64,000 nt of DNA from a bacterium. Its GTDB lineage: Bacteria; Fidelibacterota; Marinisomatia; Marinisomatales; UBA1611. The stretch spans positions 2,618 through 66,617 of the forward strand of contig JAYPIC010000001.1 of assembly GCA_038127595.1 (NCBI GenBank), given 5' to 3'. A program made the position numbers and the translations under genes. The notes beneath the pieces were generated by a model. The model was not told where the DNA came from. It made no database searches and saw only the letters and a program-made list of their open reading frames with translations. Below are positions 9,543 through 19,900 of this stretch, piece after piece (positions within the stretch are counted from its first letter, which is position 1; the number at the start of each line of letters is the position of its first letter).

Positions 9543-10528
9543 TTTATGTAATCTTTCAAGTTTTCTTTAATTCTTTCTGTTACTTCTTTTCCCTTATCCG
9601 GAAAGGGGAAGACACTTCCTGTTATCGTTTCATATAGATAAATATATCTGCTAGACAATTCAATAACTAATTCATCAGGTGCTGGTGGTAATTCTTTATC
9701 ATTATAAGGATCACAGTTATCAACAAACCATAGCCTTAGAAATTCTTTATCAATGTTCTGAGGTTCTTTGCCTTGAGCAATGCGATCTTCATAACTACCG
9801 GCTATCCAATATCGGCTACTATCTGGGGTATGGATTTCGTCAATCAGTAGAATATTTCCATCCTCATCTTTCCCCATTTCATATTTTGTATCAACTAAAA
9901 TCATACCATGTTCGGCTGCTTTTTTCTGACCAAATTCAAATAGCTCCAAAGCTTTTTTGCTACAATAATCCCAATCTTCTTGGGTCATCCAATTTTCACT
10001 TACTATATCTGAAGGAGAAATTGGACGGTCGTGATCTTCTTCCTTCGTAGTTGGAGTGAGCATACTCTCTTCAAGTTTTTGGTTTTTCTTTAATCCTTCA
10101 GGAAGAGTATTACCACAATATTCTCTATCACCGTTATTGTAAACAGTCCAAAGTGAGGTGCTTGTGCTACCAGTTATATAGCCCCGCACTACAAATTCAA
10201 TTGGGAATACCTTACATTTTTTAGCGATAATCACATTAGGGTCAGCAACATCAATAACATGGTTTTTAATTATATGTTTTGTTTCTTCAAACCACCAGGC
10301 ACTTGCTAGATTTAATACTTGGCCTTTAAAGGGTATAGCTGCTAGCACTCTATCAAAAGCACTTTGCCTGTCAGTAGTAATTAGTGCAAGCGATTTCCCA
10401 AGGTCGTATTGGTCTCTGACTTTACCTTTTTTCTTTGAAATAGAGTTTAATTTTGTCTCAGTGAGTGTGTTATCTAGCTCTGCTGATATTCTATCTTTGT
10501 ATTGGCTAACTGATTCTAAAACATTCAT
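9539..10528 (-). CDS. purC: SAICAR synthetase, long form
   Basis: GKVRDQY, TDRQSAFD, EFVVRGYITGS, DTKYEMG, DEIHTPDSSRYW, DKEFLR. Confidence 0.96.
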   Translation of the reverse strand: MNVLESVSQYKDRISAELDNTLTETKLNSISKKKGKVRDQYDLGKSLALITTDRQSAFDRVLAAIPFKGQVLNLASAWWFEETKHIIKNHVIDVADPNVIIAKKCKVFPIEFVVRGYITGSTSTSLWTVYNNGDREYCGNTLPEGLKKNQKLEESMLTPTTKEEDHDRPISPSDIVSENWMTQEDWDYCSKKALELFEFGQKKAAEHGMILVDTKYEMGKDEDGNILLIDEIHTPDSSRYWIAGSYEDRIAQGKEPQNIDKEFLRLWFVDNCDPYNDKELPPAPDELVIELSSRYIYLYETITGSVFPFPDKGKEVTERIKENLKDYIK

Positions 10529-11765
10529 GCGATAATGGGTTGTGTAATATGTTTGTATTTAAAATGTTATTAAAAATAGGATTGAAGTTAGCATTTTTTA
10601 TAGTGATGTTCCAGATTACTCCACGTTTTAATTCTAATAAATTTTTGATTTTAAATCTTTGTGTTAGGGAATTAAACTTTTTTTGGCAATGCATGTCATC
10701 TTTTTGACGAACCAAAACAGAATGTGTGTCTTGATCTTTAGGCAGTTCACTTAAAAATTCTTTATTTGAATTAAAGAGTTCACCAGAATCTTCTATTTGC
10801 TTTAAAACATTTTTAGGGTTTTTAGAGCAGTTTATTTCCCAATGAATTTGTTTACTTATTTTAACATCCAACCCTTTCTGTTGTAGTGCGCTCTGAACGC
10901 TAACTGCTTCATTATCAGTAATTATTAAATCAACTATCCATATATTTGAATTTTCATTTTTTTCATAGTTTGCAATTTTTTTATGTTCTGGTTTATACGA
11001 TAGTTTTACTTTTTTTAAAGCTATTGAGTGTTCAATGAACTCCTTCATAGAGGAAAACAATTTATCTCCCAATTCAGTTCTTTCTGGGTGTGGCATCATA
11101 GCAAGCACATTACCACTGGCGTTAGAGATTGCTGCAAGGTTATAATCTGAACCATTAGGGTTTGTTGGAAATTCGCTTGATACTTTACCATTATAATCAC
11201 AATATCTGAAAACAGTTTGATCATTTGTTTTCATTTCTTCTAGTAGATCATCAGGAATTATAAATCTTCCCTCAGCGTGGGCAAAAGGGATGTTTATCAT
11301 TTCATTTTCTGAAAGGTGTCTTGTAAATGCAGTGCTATTTTGAGGGACAGAAAGTTTAAGGTTTGACCAAGCATTGTAATATCCTGTCCCAACAACTTCT
11401 CCAGATTTCATTCGTTTGTTATCTGCTAAAGCAATTGATGTTTGATTATCTGACGTTCCTGGCACCAACCCTGATTCCACTAAAATTTGCGCACCATTAC
11501 ATATACCAAAAATAGGCTTACCTTTTTTTGATTCATTTTTCAGAGTATTAATTATTGGTTCTAAAGATGCAATCACGCCAGCTCTTGAGCGATCTTCATA
11601 TGAAAATCCACCAGTAATAATAAACCCATGGCATTCTTTTATTAAAACCTGATTTGAATTCCAAAGGATTTCAACAGGGTTCATTTTTACTCTTTTTATT
11701 GCCAGAGATGTTTCTCTTTCGGTATTTGATCCTGGGAATTGAACTACTCCAATGTTTATTGTCAT
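10506..11765 (-). CDS. purQ: FGAM synthase glutaminase PurQ with a C-terminal tandem PurS-like extension
   Basis: FPGSN, GGFSYED, GICNGAQIL (catalytic Cys), HAEGRF, MMPHPER; about 170 extra C-terminal residues ending ILHNPLSHE. Confidence 0.88.
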   Translation of the reverse strand: MTINIGVVQFPGSNTERETSLAIKRVKMNPVEILWNSNQVLIKECHGFIITGGFSYEDRSRAGVIASLEPIINTLKNESKKGKPIFGICNGAQILVESGLVPGTSDNQTSIALADNKRMKSGEVVGTGYYNAWSNLKLSVPQNSTAFTRHLSENEMINIPFAHAEGRFIIPDDLLEEMKTNDQTVFRYCDYNGKVSSEFPTNPNGSDYNLAAISNASGNVLAMMPHPERTELGDKLFSSMKEFIEHSIALKKVKLSYKPEHKKIANYEKNENSNIWIVDLIITDNEAVSVQSALQQKGLDVKISKQIHWEINCSKNPKNVLKQIEDSGELFNSNKEFLSELPKDQDTHSVLVRQKDDMHCQKKFNSLTQRFKIKNLLELKRGVIWNITIKNANFNPIFNNILNTNILHNPLSHECFRIS

Positions 11766-11905
11766 ATGGGTTAAATGATGATTAAATATTTCAAAAAAAC
11801 GATAAAACTTAGCAACACAAATCCTAGGTAAAAATAAATCTCTTCAAATAAAGCAATAATATAGAATAATTATATTTATCATTACATTTTAATAGGGTTT
11901 AATCG

Positions 11906-12739
11906 ATGATTATTTATAACAGAACAAAATACAAAGAGCTTACTCTAAAAAGCTACCAAAAGGAAAAGAGAAGACTTCAAATTGAACTTTTAAAGTTGCA
12001 GGAATGGGTCATTCAATCTGGGAAAAGGTTAGCTATTGTGTTTGAAGGTCGTGATGCAGCAGGGAAGGGAGCGACGATTAAACGATTTATTGAAAATTTA
12101 ATACCTAAAACTATGAGAGTAGTTGAGCTTGGGGTACCGACGTCGGCTCAAAATAGAATGTGGTTTAAAACCTATGATAAGCTTTTACCTCAAAAAGGAG
12201 AAATAGTTTTCTTTGATAGATCCTGGTATACAAGAGGGCTTATTCAACCTGCAATGGGATATTGTACAGATAGGCAATATAATTATTTCATGAAAAATGT
12301 AAATAATTGGGAAAAAAAACACATTGATGACGGACTTTTATTAATAAAATTTTATTTATCAGTTTCTAAAGAGAATCAACAGCAAAGGTTTGCTTTTAGA
12401 CAAAATAGCCCATTAAAATATTGGAAGCTTAGTGAAAATGATTTAAAAGCTGCTAAAGAGTGGGATCTATTTACTCATTACAAAGAGCAGGTTTTTGCCA
12501 ACAGCGAACCTAATAAAAATCCATGGGTAATTATTAATTCAGATAATAAAATGATTGCAAGATTGAATGCAATGAGATATGTGTTAACAAGTTTTGAGTA
12601 TGCAGGTAAAAAGGTTCTTAAAGACAAAAAATGGTCAAAAGAAATAACTGAATATGATATCGAAGTTGATGGTGTAAAGTTTAAAAACCTTACGAAAGAA
12701 CAATATGAACTTTTATACAAATTAAAGGGTAGCACGTAA
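11906..12739 (+). CDS. ppk2: Polyphosphate kinase 2
   Basis: FEGRDAAGKG Walker A, FDRSWY, PLKYWKLS, PWVIINSDNK. Confidence 0.94.
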   Translation: MIIYNRTKYKELTLKSYQKEKRRLQIELLKLQEWVIQSGKRLAIVFEGRDAAGKGATIKRFIENLIPKTMRVVELGVPTSAQNRMWFKTYDKLLPQKGEIVFFDRSWYTRGLIQPAMGYCTDRQYNYFMKNVNNWEKKHIDDGLLLIKFYLSVSKENQQQRFAFRQNSPLKYWKLSENDLKAAKEWDLFTHYKEQVFANSEPNKNPWVIINSDNKMIARLNAMRYVLTSFEYAGKKVLKDKKWSKEITEYDIEVDGVKFKNLTKEQYELLYKLKGST

Positions 12740-13198
12740 TTGAAAAATAAAATTAAAGCTGCAGGTGGTATAGTTATCCAAGGTAAAAAAATTCTTTTTA
12801 TTAAAAAAAACGGGCGCTGGGAGTTTCCCAAAGGTCGATTAAAAAAAGGATCAAAAAGAAAAAATACTGCACTCAGAGAAATTTATGAAGAGACAGGGAT
12901 TCCTCAAGAAAATCTAAATATCATAAAACCACTAATACCAACGCATGATAACATTAAAGATGGTAAAGATGTGGTCATAAAGAAAACATATTGGTATCTA
13001 GTAGAGCACTTAGGAGATGCCAGAACAAAATTAATTCCTGAAAAAAGAGAAGGAATTACCAAATGTAAATGGCTAACACCTAGTGAAATTGTCTTGATAA
13101 TGAAAGACAGTCGCCCTTTAGTTCACTATTTATTAGAATTTGTACTTCAAGACCCTGATTACAAATTATTGCGTAAAACCAGGGGAAAGATAGTATAA
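12740..13198 (+). CDS. NUDIX hydrolase
   Basis: AAGG, W-E-F-P-K-G...ALREIYEETG Nudix box; the TTG start abuts the ppk2 stop. Confidence 0.88.
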   Translation: MKNKIKAAGGIVIQGKKILFIKKNGRWEFPKGRLKKGSKRKNTALREIYEETGIPQENLNIIKPLIPTHDNIKDGKDVVIKKTYWYLVEHLGDARTKLIPEKREGITKCKWLTPSEIVLIMKDSRPLVHYLLEFVLQDPDYKLLRKTRGKIV

Positions 13199-13201
13199 AA
13201 A

Positions 13202-15898
13202 CTATACTAGTTCAGCTTGTGCGGCAGATAACCTTGCTATAGGAACCCGGTAAGGAGAGCAGCTAACATAATCTAATCCATTCTCTTTACAAAAATGAAT
13301 TGAATTTGGATCTCCTCCATGTTCTCCACAAATACCTATTTTAATAGAAGGGTTGACATTTCTACCATATTTCACTGCCATGGATACTAATTTGCCTACG
13401 CCTTTAACATCTAAACTTTGGAATGGATCTCCAGGCAATATGTTGCGATCAAGATATTCTGGTAAAAATGATCCTATATCATCTCTGCTAAAACCATATG
13501 TGGTCTGAGTTAGGTCATTAGTTCCAAAGCTGAAAAACTCTGCATGTTCTGCAATTTCATCTGCAGTTAAACAAGCTCTTGGTAGTTCAATCATTGTGCC
13601 TACAAGATAGTTTAGTTTAATATCATATTTACTTTCAACTTCTGAAGCCACCTTTCGAACAATCTTTTCTTGATCAATGTATTCTGTAACAGTTCCAACT
13701 AATGGAATCATTATTTCTGGTAAAACATTCAAGCCGTCTTTAGTTAGTTCAGCAGTAGCTTCTAAGATTGCACTAGCTTGCATTTCTGTAATTACAGGGT
13801 ATGCAATTCCAAGCCTGCATCCACGATGTCCTAGCATAGGATTAAGTTCGTGGAGGCTTGAGATGCGTTGACTAACAACCGAGCTGTCAATGCCAATACT
13901 ATTAGCTAGCTCTTTTATTTGCTCATTATCTAATGTAATGAACTCATGCAAGGGGGGATCAAGTAATCTAATAGTTACAGGCTTTCCCTCCATCGCTTCT
14001 AAAGTTCCCTTGAAGTCTTCTTTTTGAAATGGTAAAAGTCCCATAACAGCATCTCTTCTATCATCATCGTTATCTGCTAGTATCATTTTTCTCATTGCTA
14101 AAATTCTTGTTTCATCAAAGAACATATGTTCTGTTCTACACAACCCTATTCCTTCTGCACCAAACTTTATTGCTTGTTTTGCATCTTCTGGGCTCTCAGC
14201 ATTTGTTCTAATTTTTAATTTTCTTTTTTCATCTGCCCATGTCATTAGTTCTTTGTACTCTTCATTTCTATCTGGATCTGCAGGTATTAGATCTAACTGA
14301 CCTAGATATACAATTCCAGTGGTACCATTCATTGTTATCCAATCGCCTTCTTTAATAATTACATCACCAACAGATAGTTGTTTATCATTTACAGAAATAT
14401 TTATTTCATTACAACCAACAATACAGCACTTACCCCAGCCTCTTGCTACTAATGCTGCATGTGAAGTCATTCCGCCTCTCGCTGTTAATATTGCTTCAGC
14501 AGCGTGCATACCATGGACATCCTCTGGCGAAGTCTCTTCTCTAACTAGAATGACTTGTTCGCCTTTATTTTTCCACTCTTCTGCATCGTCAGCTGTAAAT
14601 ACTACTCTACCTTTAGCACCACCTGGCCCCGCTGGCAGTCCCTTTGTTAATTTGGTTGCATTATCTTCACTTGCTTTATCCAAAGCTGGATGAAGTAGTT
14701 CATCTAATTGATTTGGATTTACTCTCATTATAGCAGTATGTTTATCTATCATACCTTCTTTGAACATATCTACAGCCATCTTTATTGCAGCAACACCATT
14801 TCTTTTTCCAACTCTAGTTTGGAGCATCCACAACTTACCTTCTTGAATAGTGAATTCAATATCTTGCATGTCTGAATAGTGTTTTTCCAATCTATTTTTT
14901 ATTTCGAATAGTTCATTGTAAATCTCTGGCATAGTATCCTGTAAAGAAGGGAGGTGGCTAGTATCTTCTGTTTTGGTGTCTTCATTAAGGGGATTTGGCG
15001 TACGAAGACCCGCAACAACATCTTCACCTTGTGCGTTAGTCAGCCATTCTCCAAAAAATTTATTTTCCCCATTTGCTGGGTTTCTTGTAAAAGCAACACC
15101 TGTAGCAGATTCTTCTCCTGTGTTTCCAAAGACCATTGTTTGAACATTGACAGCAGTTCCCCATTCTTCTGGTATATTCTCTATTTTTCTATAACTTATT
15201 GCTCTTGCACCATTCCAGCTTTTAAAAACAGCTTCAATTCCACCCCATAATTGAGCTTCAGCATTGTCGGGAAACTCTGCACCGAGGGAGGATTTTATTT
15301 CACTTTTAAATATATCAATCACTTTTTTCCAATCGTCTTCGGAGAGATCGGTATCACCCTCAAGGCCATTTTTAGATTTGTATGAATCTAAGTGATGTTC
15401 AAGTTTCTGTCTTATTCCATCACCTTCCTCTGTTTCAATACCAGCAGCTTTTTCCATTACAACATCTGAATACATTGTTATTAGCCTTCTGTAAGCGTCA
15501 TATACGAATCTTGGATTATTAGTTTTATCAATTAGGCCAGGAATAGTATCACTGGTTAAGCCTAAGTTTAGGACTGTTTCCATCATCCCCGGCATAGACT
15601 GTCTAGCTCCTGATCTTACTGACAGTAATAGTGGGTTAGATGGGTCTCCAAACTTAGTGCCCATTATTGATTCAACCTTAGATAGACTTTCTTTTACTTC
15701 TTCAGTCAAACTCTCAGGAAAAGATTTATTATTTTTATAATATTCTGTACAAACATCTGTTGTTAATGTAAACCCAGGAGGGACAGGAATACCTAAGATA
15801 TTCATTTCGGCTAAGTTAGCTCCTTTGCCTCCAAGTAAATTTTTCATATCAGCCTTACCGTCTGCTTTGCCATCACCAAAGTTGTATACATACTTCAT
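13202..15898 (-). CDS. ppdK: Pyruvate, phosphate dikinase
   Basis: LLGGKGANLAEM, SVRSGA, GGMTSHAA phospho-His motif, GLCRTEHMF, GTNDLTQ, GICGEHGG. Confidence 0.98.
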   Translation of the reverse strand: MKYVYNFGDGKADGKADMKNLLGGKGANLAEMNILGIPVPPGFTLTTDVCTEYYKNNKSFPESLTEEVKESLSKVESIMGTKFGDPSNPLLLSVRSGARQSMPGMMETVLNLGLTSDTIPGLIDKTNNPRFVYDAYRRLITMYSDVVMEKAAGIETEEGDGIRQKLEHHLDSYKSKNGLEGDTDLSEDDWKKVIDIFKSEIKSSLGAEFPDNAEAQLWGGIEAVFKSWNGARAISYRKIENIPEEWGTAVNVQTMVFGNTGEESATGVAFTRNPANGENKFFGEWLTNAQGEDVVAGLRTPNPLNEDTKTEDTSHLPSLQDTMPEIYNELFEIKNRLEKHYSDMQDIEFTIQEGKLWMLQTRVGKRNGVAAIKMAVDMFKEGMIDKHTAIMRVNPNQLDELLHPALDKASEDNATKLTKGLPAGPGGAKGRVVFTADDAEEWKNKGEQVILVREETSPEDVHGMHAAEAILTARGGMTSHAALVARGWGKCCIVGCNEINISVNDKQLSVGDVIIKEGDWITMNGTTGIVYLGQLDLIPADPDRNEEYKELMTWADEKRKLKIRTNAESPEDAKQAIKFGAEGIGLCRTEHMFFDETRILAMRKMILADNDDDRRDAVMGLLPFQKEDFKGTLEAMEGKPVTIRLLDPPLHEFITLDNEQIKELANSIGIDSSVVSQRISSLHELNPMLGHRGCRLGIAYPVITEMQASAILEATAELTKDGLNVLPEIMIPLVGTVTEYIDQEKIVRKVASEVESKYDIKLNYLVGTMIELPRACLTADEIAEHAEFFSFGTNDLTQTTYGFSRDDIGSFLPEYLDRNILPGDPFQSLDVKGVGKLVSMAVKYGRNVNPSIKIGICGEHGGDPNSIHFCKENGLDYVSCSPYRVPIARLSAAQAELV

Positions 15899-15951
15899 AT
15901 TTTAAATCTTCCTATTTTTATATTATTAATTTTAAAAAAAAGTGGTTTGAA

Positions 15952-16974
15952 TTATTTATAAATATTTGAAATCCAAGGGTTGAATTTATATTTATTTTTT
16001 AATTTAATGGAAACTTGCTTTGCAACTGCAATCATTTTGTATTCACCATGTTGAACTCTAAACCAGGTTTTACCTTTGACCCAAGCTTCCGTGACCCTTG
16101 ATGGAAAGCCTGATTCTGTCATTTTTTTTGCTAATTTTTCAGCAGCTTTCCTGTCTTCAAAAGAACTGAGTTGAATCGTGTAATATTCTGTTTTGCCATT
16201 TTTTATTTGTGGTGTTGGTTTACTTGTTTTTGTACTTTTTACATTAGTATTAGTTTTAATGATAGGATTCAAGTTCCGATTCTTTTCTCTAATTTTATTT
16301 AAAACATTTTCTGCATCTTTTTTTGTTTGGTATTTTTCTGTAATGACCCTGTAGTACAGCCCTTTGGAAGAGTTTATTTTTTCTAAGGATAATCCAAACT
16401 TTTCTTGCTTTATACTATTATAAAGTCTTTTAGCGTTTATTTCATTTTTAAAAGATGCTAATTGAACATAATAATTACCAGTTTGTTCTTTTATAATTGT
16501 ATTATTTTTGTTTTTAGCTAATTGTATTTTTGGTTTATTATTGTTTTTAACTATCTCTTTAGCACTATCCTTTATATTTGATTCTATTTTGGTTTGTGCT
16601 AAATATTTTGATTCTACCCACCCCTCTTTTTTATTAAATATAGTTTTATAATAAGTTCTTTCATTTTCTGATTTATCAAGTATTAATATTTTTTCTAGTG
16701 CTTTTATTTTAATAAAAGCTGGTATTTCATCAATGACGACTCTTTCAAAAGCATCATTAAATAGCATAGCATCCTTTTTTGCTACAAACACCTCTTCAAT
16801 AACTTCTTGGGAAATGATTTGGTTTTTATTGCTGCAGTTAAAAATAAATATTGAAAATAAAATAAAAAGCAGGGGAGATACAAAACGGATATAGCTTATT
16901 TTACTATACAGATTAGAAAGTGATTTGTGGATTATAAAAAGATGTCTCAAAATATTATCACAGAATTCTATCAA
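15952..16974 (-). CDS. Probable lipoprotein with an SH3b-like domain and two SPOR peptidoglycan-binding domains
   Basis: Lipobox-like IFNC; YYKTIFNKKEGWVESKYL (SH3b-like); two SPOR units, YYVQLASFK...YYRV and YTIQLSSF...WFRVQHG. Start codon uncertain: only TTG starts are in frame (16974 or about 16950). Confidence 0.75.
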   Translation of the reverse strand: MIEFCDNILRHLFIIHKSLSNLYSKISYIRFVSPLLFILFSIFIFNCSNKNQIISQEVIEEVFVAKKDAMLFNDAFERVVIDEIPAFIKIKALEKILILDKSENERTYYKTIFNKKEGWVESKYLAQTKIESNIKDSAKEIVKNNNKPKIQLAKNKNNTIIKEQTGNYYVQLASFKNEINAKRLYNSIKQEKFGLSLEKINSSKGLYYRVITEKYQTKKDAENVLNKIREKNRNLNPIIKTNTNVKSTKTSKPTPQIKNGKTEYYTIQLSSFEDRKAAEKLAKKMTESGFPSRVTEAWVKGKTWFRVQHGEYKMIAVAKQVSIKLKNKYKFNPWISNIYK

Positions 16975-16994
16975 GATAATATAAATATTTAAAA

Positions 16995-19900
16995 TTAAAA
17001 AACAGGGGAGAAGTATCTTATTTCTTTTAGATTGCCTTTGTTATTATAAAAATACCATTTATCTACCATTTTACCACTCTTGTATGAGCCTTGCATTTCT
17101 TTTCGTGTTTTGTCATAGTCCCACCAACTAGTCCAGGTACCATCTTTTTTTCCATCTTTATATTCACCTTCAGTTAGCTTTCCATCTTCAAAGTATGCTA
17201 TCCACTTACCATTTTTTAAGCCTTCGTTAAAAGAGCCTTCTTGCGTTTTTTTACCTTTTTCATTGTAAAAAATCCATTTATCATGGGCATTACCATCTCT
17301 TAGAGTACCTTCTTTTTCTTTTTCACCATTTTCATAATAGAAAGTCCATTTACCATTATAAACCCCATTTTCATACGTTCCAATGTCTTTTATTTGTTGG
17401 TTGGAATAGTATGTCGTCCACAAACCATGCTTTTTTCCATCTTTGTATGCTCCCAATGTCTCTTTTCCGCCACTCCATGTTCCTTTCGGCTGTGGTTCTG
17501 GAGTTGGCATTAAAACTACTTCAGGAACTTTTTTACTTTCATACCATCTAATCCAAGGTCCATCTTTTTTCCCGTTTTTGAGGCGACCTAGAAATTCGTA
17601 CTCTTCCTCTTTATTTTCATCTACTATAACGCCTGTAAAAGGAGTAGTGTTATCATCAATTTTATATAAGAGCTCGCTTTCATCTATTTTTGATAAATCT
17701 TTGAACTTAACATGATCAAGGCCTTTGCCATAATCAAATGTAAAATCTACTTGCCCATCTTTATTCCAGTATGTCCACACTCCTTCAGGCTTAGAAAGCT
17801 TTTGATTAATGTTGGCAGATAGATTTCCTTCTTTTTTCTTATTTCCGTTCTCATAATAATATGTCGTCAACCCATCACGAATGTTATTCTTGTGAAAACC
17901 TTGCTCCATGATTTGATCACTGCCAGAATACCAAATAACCCAAGGTCCATTCGCTATTTCTTTCCCAGTTTCTGACTCTCCTTTATACGTAACCATTTTT
18001 GATCTGAATCCATCAACCCAAGTAGTTGCTGGCCCATTTAATTGTCCATCTTTCCAAAATTTTTCATACTCTTTTCCAAGACTATCTGAAGAAGATACTA
18101 CCCACTTAGTTTCCCTACCATTTAATAAGTCATTTGAGTAGGTCAGTTCTTGAGTTACTGCGCCGTCTTCATTGTAGTATAACCAAAGACCATCACGTTC
18201 ATTTTTTGAAAATGCCCCTTCGCTACTTTTAACTCCTGTTTCAAACCAGGAAACCCAAGCACCTTCTTTGTTTCCATCAATATAGTAACCTTCTTCTTCC
18301 TTGTTATCATTTAGATACCACCACCAGCTCCATAGCTCATTGTTTTCATCTTTATAGACACCATCTTTGTATTGCCAATTCCCGTTTTCGACATATTTTA
18401 GAGTGGGATCTTCTTTATACCATTTGGTCCATCTACCATGAGCTAATCCTTTTTTGTATCGTTGCTCTTCTTTAAGGTGGCCATTATCAAACCAATATTT
18501 ATACAAGCTATCTACTTTACCAAAACTAAATGTGCCTTGTTCTTTAGCTTTACCATTGTTGTACCAAAGTGACCACTCACCATGTTTTTTGCCACGATAA
18601 TATTCACCTTGGACCTCAACTTGTCCATTATCATACCACTGAACCCATTTTCCATCTCTTTTTCCATCAAGAAATCTACCAAGTAGTTTATATCCCCTCT
18701 TTCCGCCGGTTTCCTCAACTATACCAACGTAAGGTTCGTATTTACCAATTTTAAAGGTAATGCCATCACGCTCTTCGATTTCTCCTAGAGTGACTTTCTC
18801 TAGCCCATCGCCATAATCAAATTTTAGCCATCTTTTTCCACCTCTTTCCCAATAGGTCCACTCACCTTCTTTTTCTTTTCCTCTCATTGTGCCCTGTCTA
18901 TCTAAGCCGCCCTCTTTATACCATTTAGTTACTTTACCATCAATTACATCATTTACATATGTTTCTTCATGGAGTTTGTGATATGCACTCCCAGTGGAAT
19001 CATTCCATATAGTCCATAGACCATGCTTTTTTTCTTTTTTATAAAAGCCTTCTTTATCTTTTAATCCGTTTTTTCTCCACCAGATCCAATGCCCGTCCTT
19101 TTCTCCATTTAAATAATTAGCTTTAAGGGAATCAATTCCTGAAGAATACCAGTGGCGCCAAATCCCATCCTTTTTACCATCTTTATAGTTTATATGAAAT
19201 TTTTTGTGTTGATCACTTTTTTCACCAAACCATTTAATGTGAGAACCGTGGTGAACTCCATTATCATAATTTATTTCTTCTGTCTTCTGCCCGCTTGTGC
19301 TCCAGTATATCCATTTTTTATGCTTCTTATTGTTAAGATACTCGCCATCAAGCTCTTTTATAATACCGCCCTCATACCAGCGTATATATTTACCATTAAG
19401 TTTTCCATCTGAATAACTAGCTAAAAATTTCTTATTTCCGTTTTCATACCAAGTGGTCCATGTACTATCTCTTTCACCATCTTTAAAATTTCTTTCTCTT
19501 CTTTTTTGACCATCTTCGTACCATTCTGTCCACAATCCTTCTTGGACTCCATCAATATAATTTGTTTCTTCTTTTTTAATACCTGTTTCTTGGTAGTAAA
19601 GAGTCCAAAGGCCTTGTTGCTTACCATTGATATAGTTTTTTTCTTGGACTTTATTTCCATTTGAGTTCCAATATGATTGAAGCCCGTTAAACTTACCGTT
19701 CAAGTAATTTAGTTCTGTTTTTCTTTTTCCATCTTCAAAATATTCTGTCCAGGTCCCATCTCTATTTCCATTTAAATAATTACCTTGTAATTTTAATTTT
19801 GGTTTAAAATTAGGAATGACGACCTCTACAGAATCCCAACGATTATTATTTTCTAAGGTGTCTTTGGTGTTTGGTTCTCCATCTTCGCCATAATCGAACC

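Noticed and set aside
11766..11905. Purine/ZTP riboswitch or PurR box upstream of the pur operon
   Set aside because: The 140-bp spacer is very AT-rich, with no recognisable aptamer or operator consensus.
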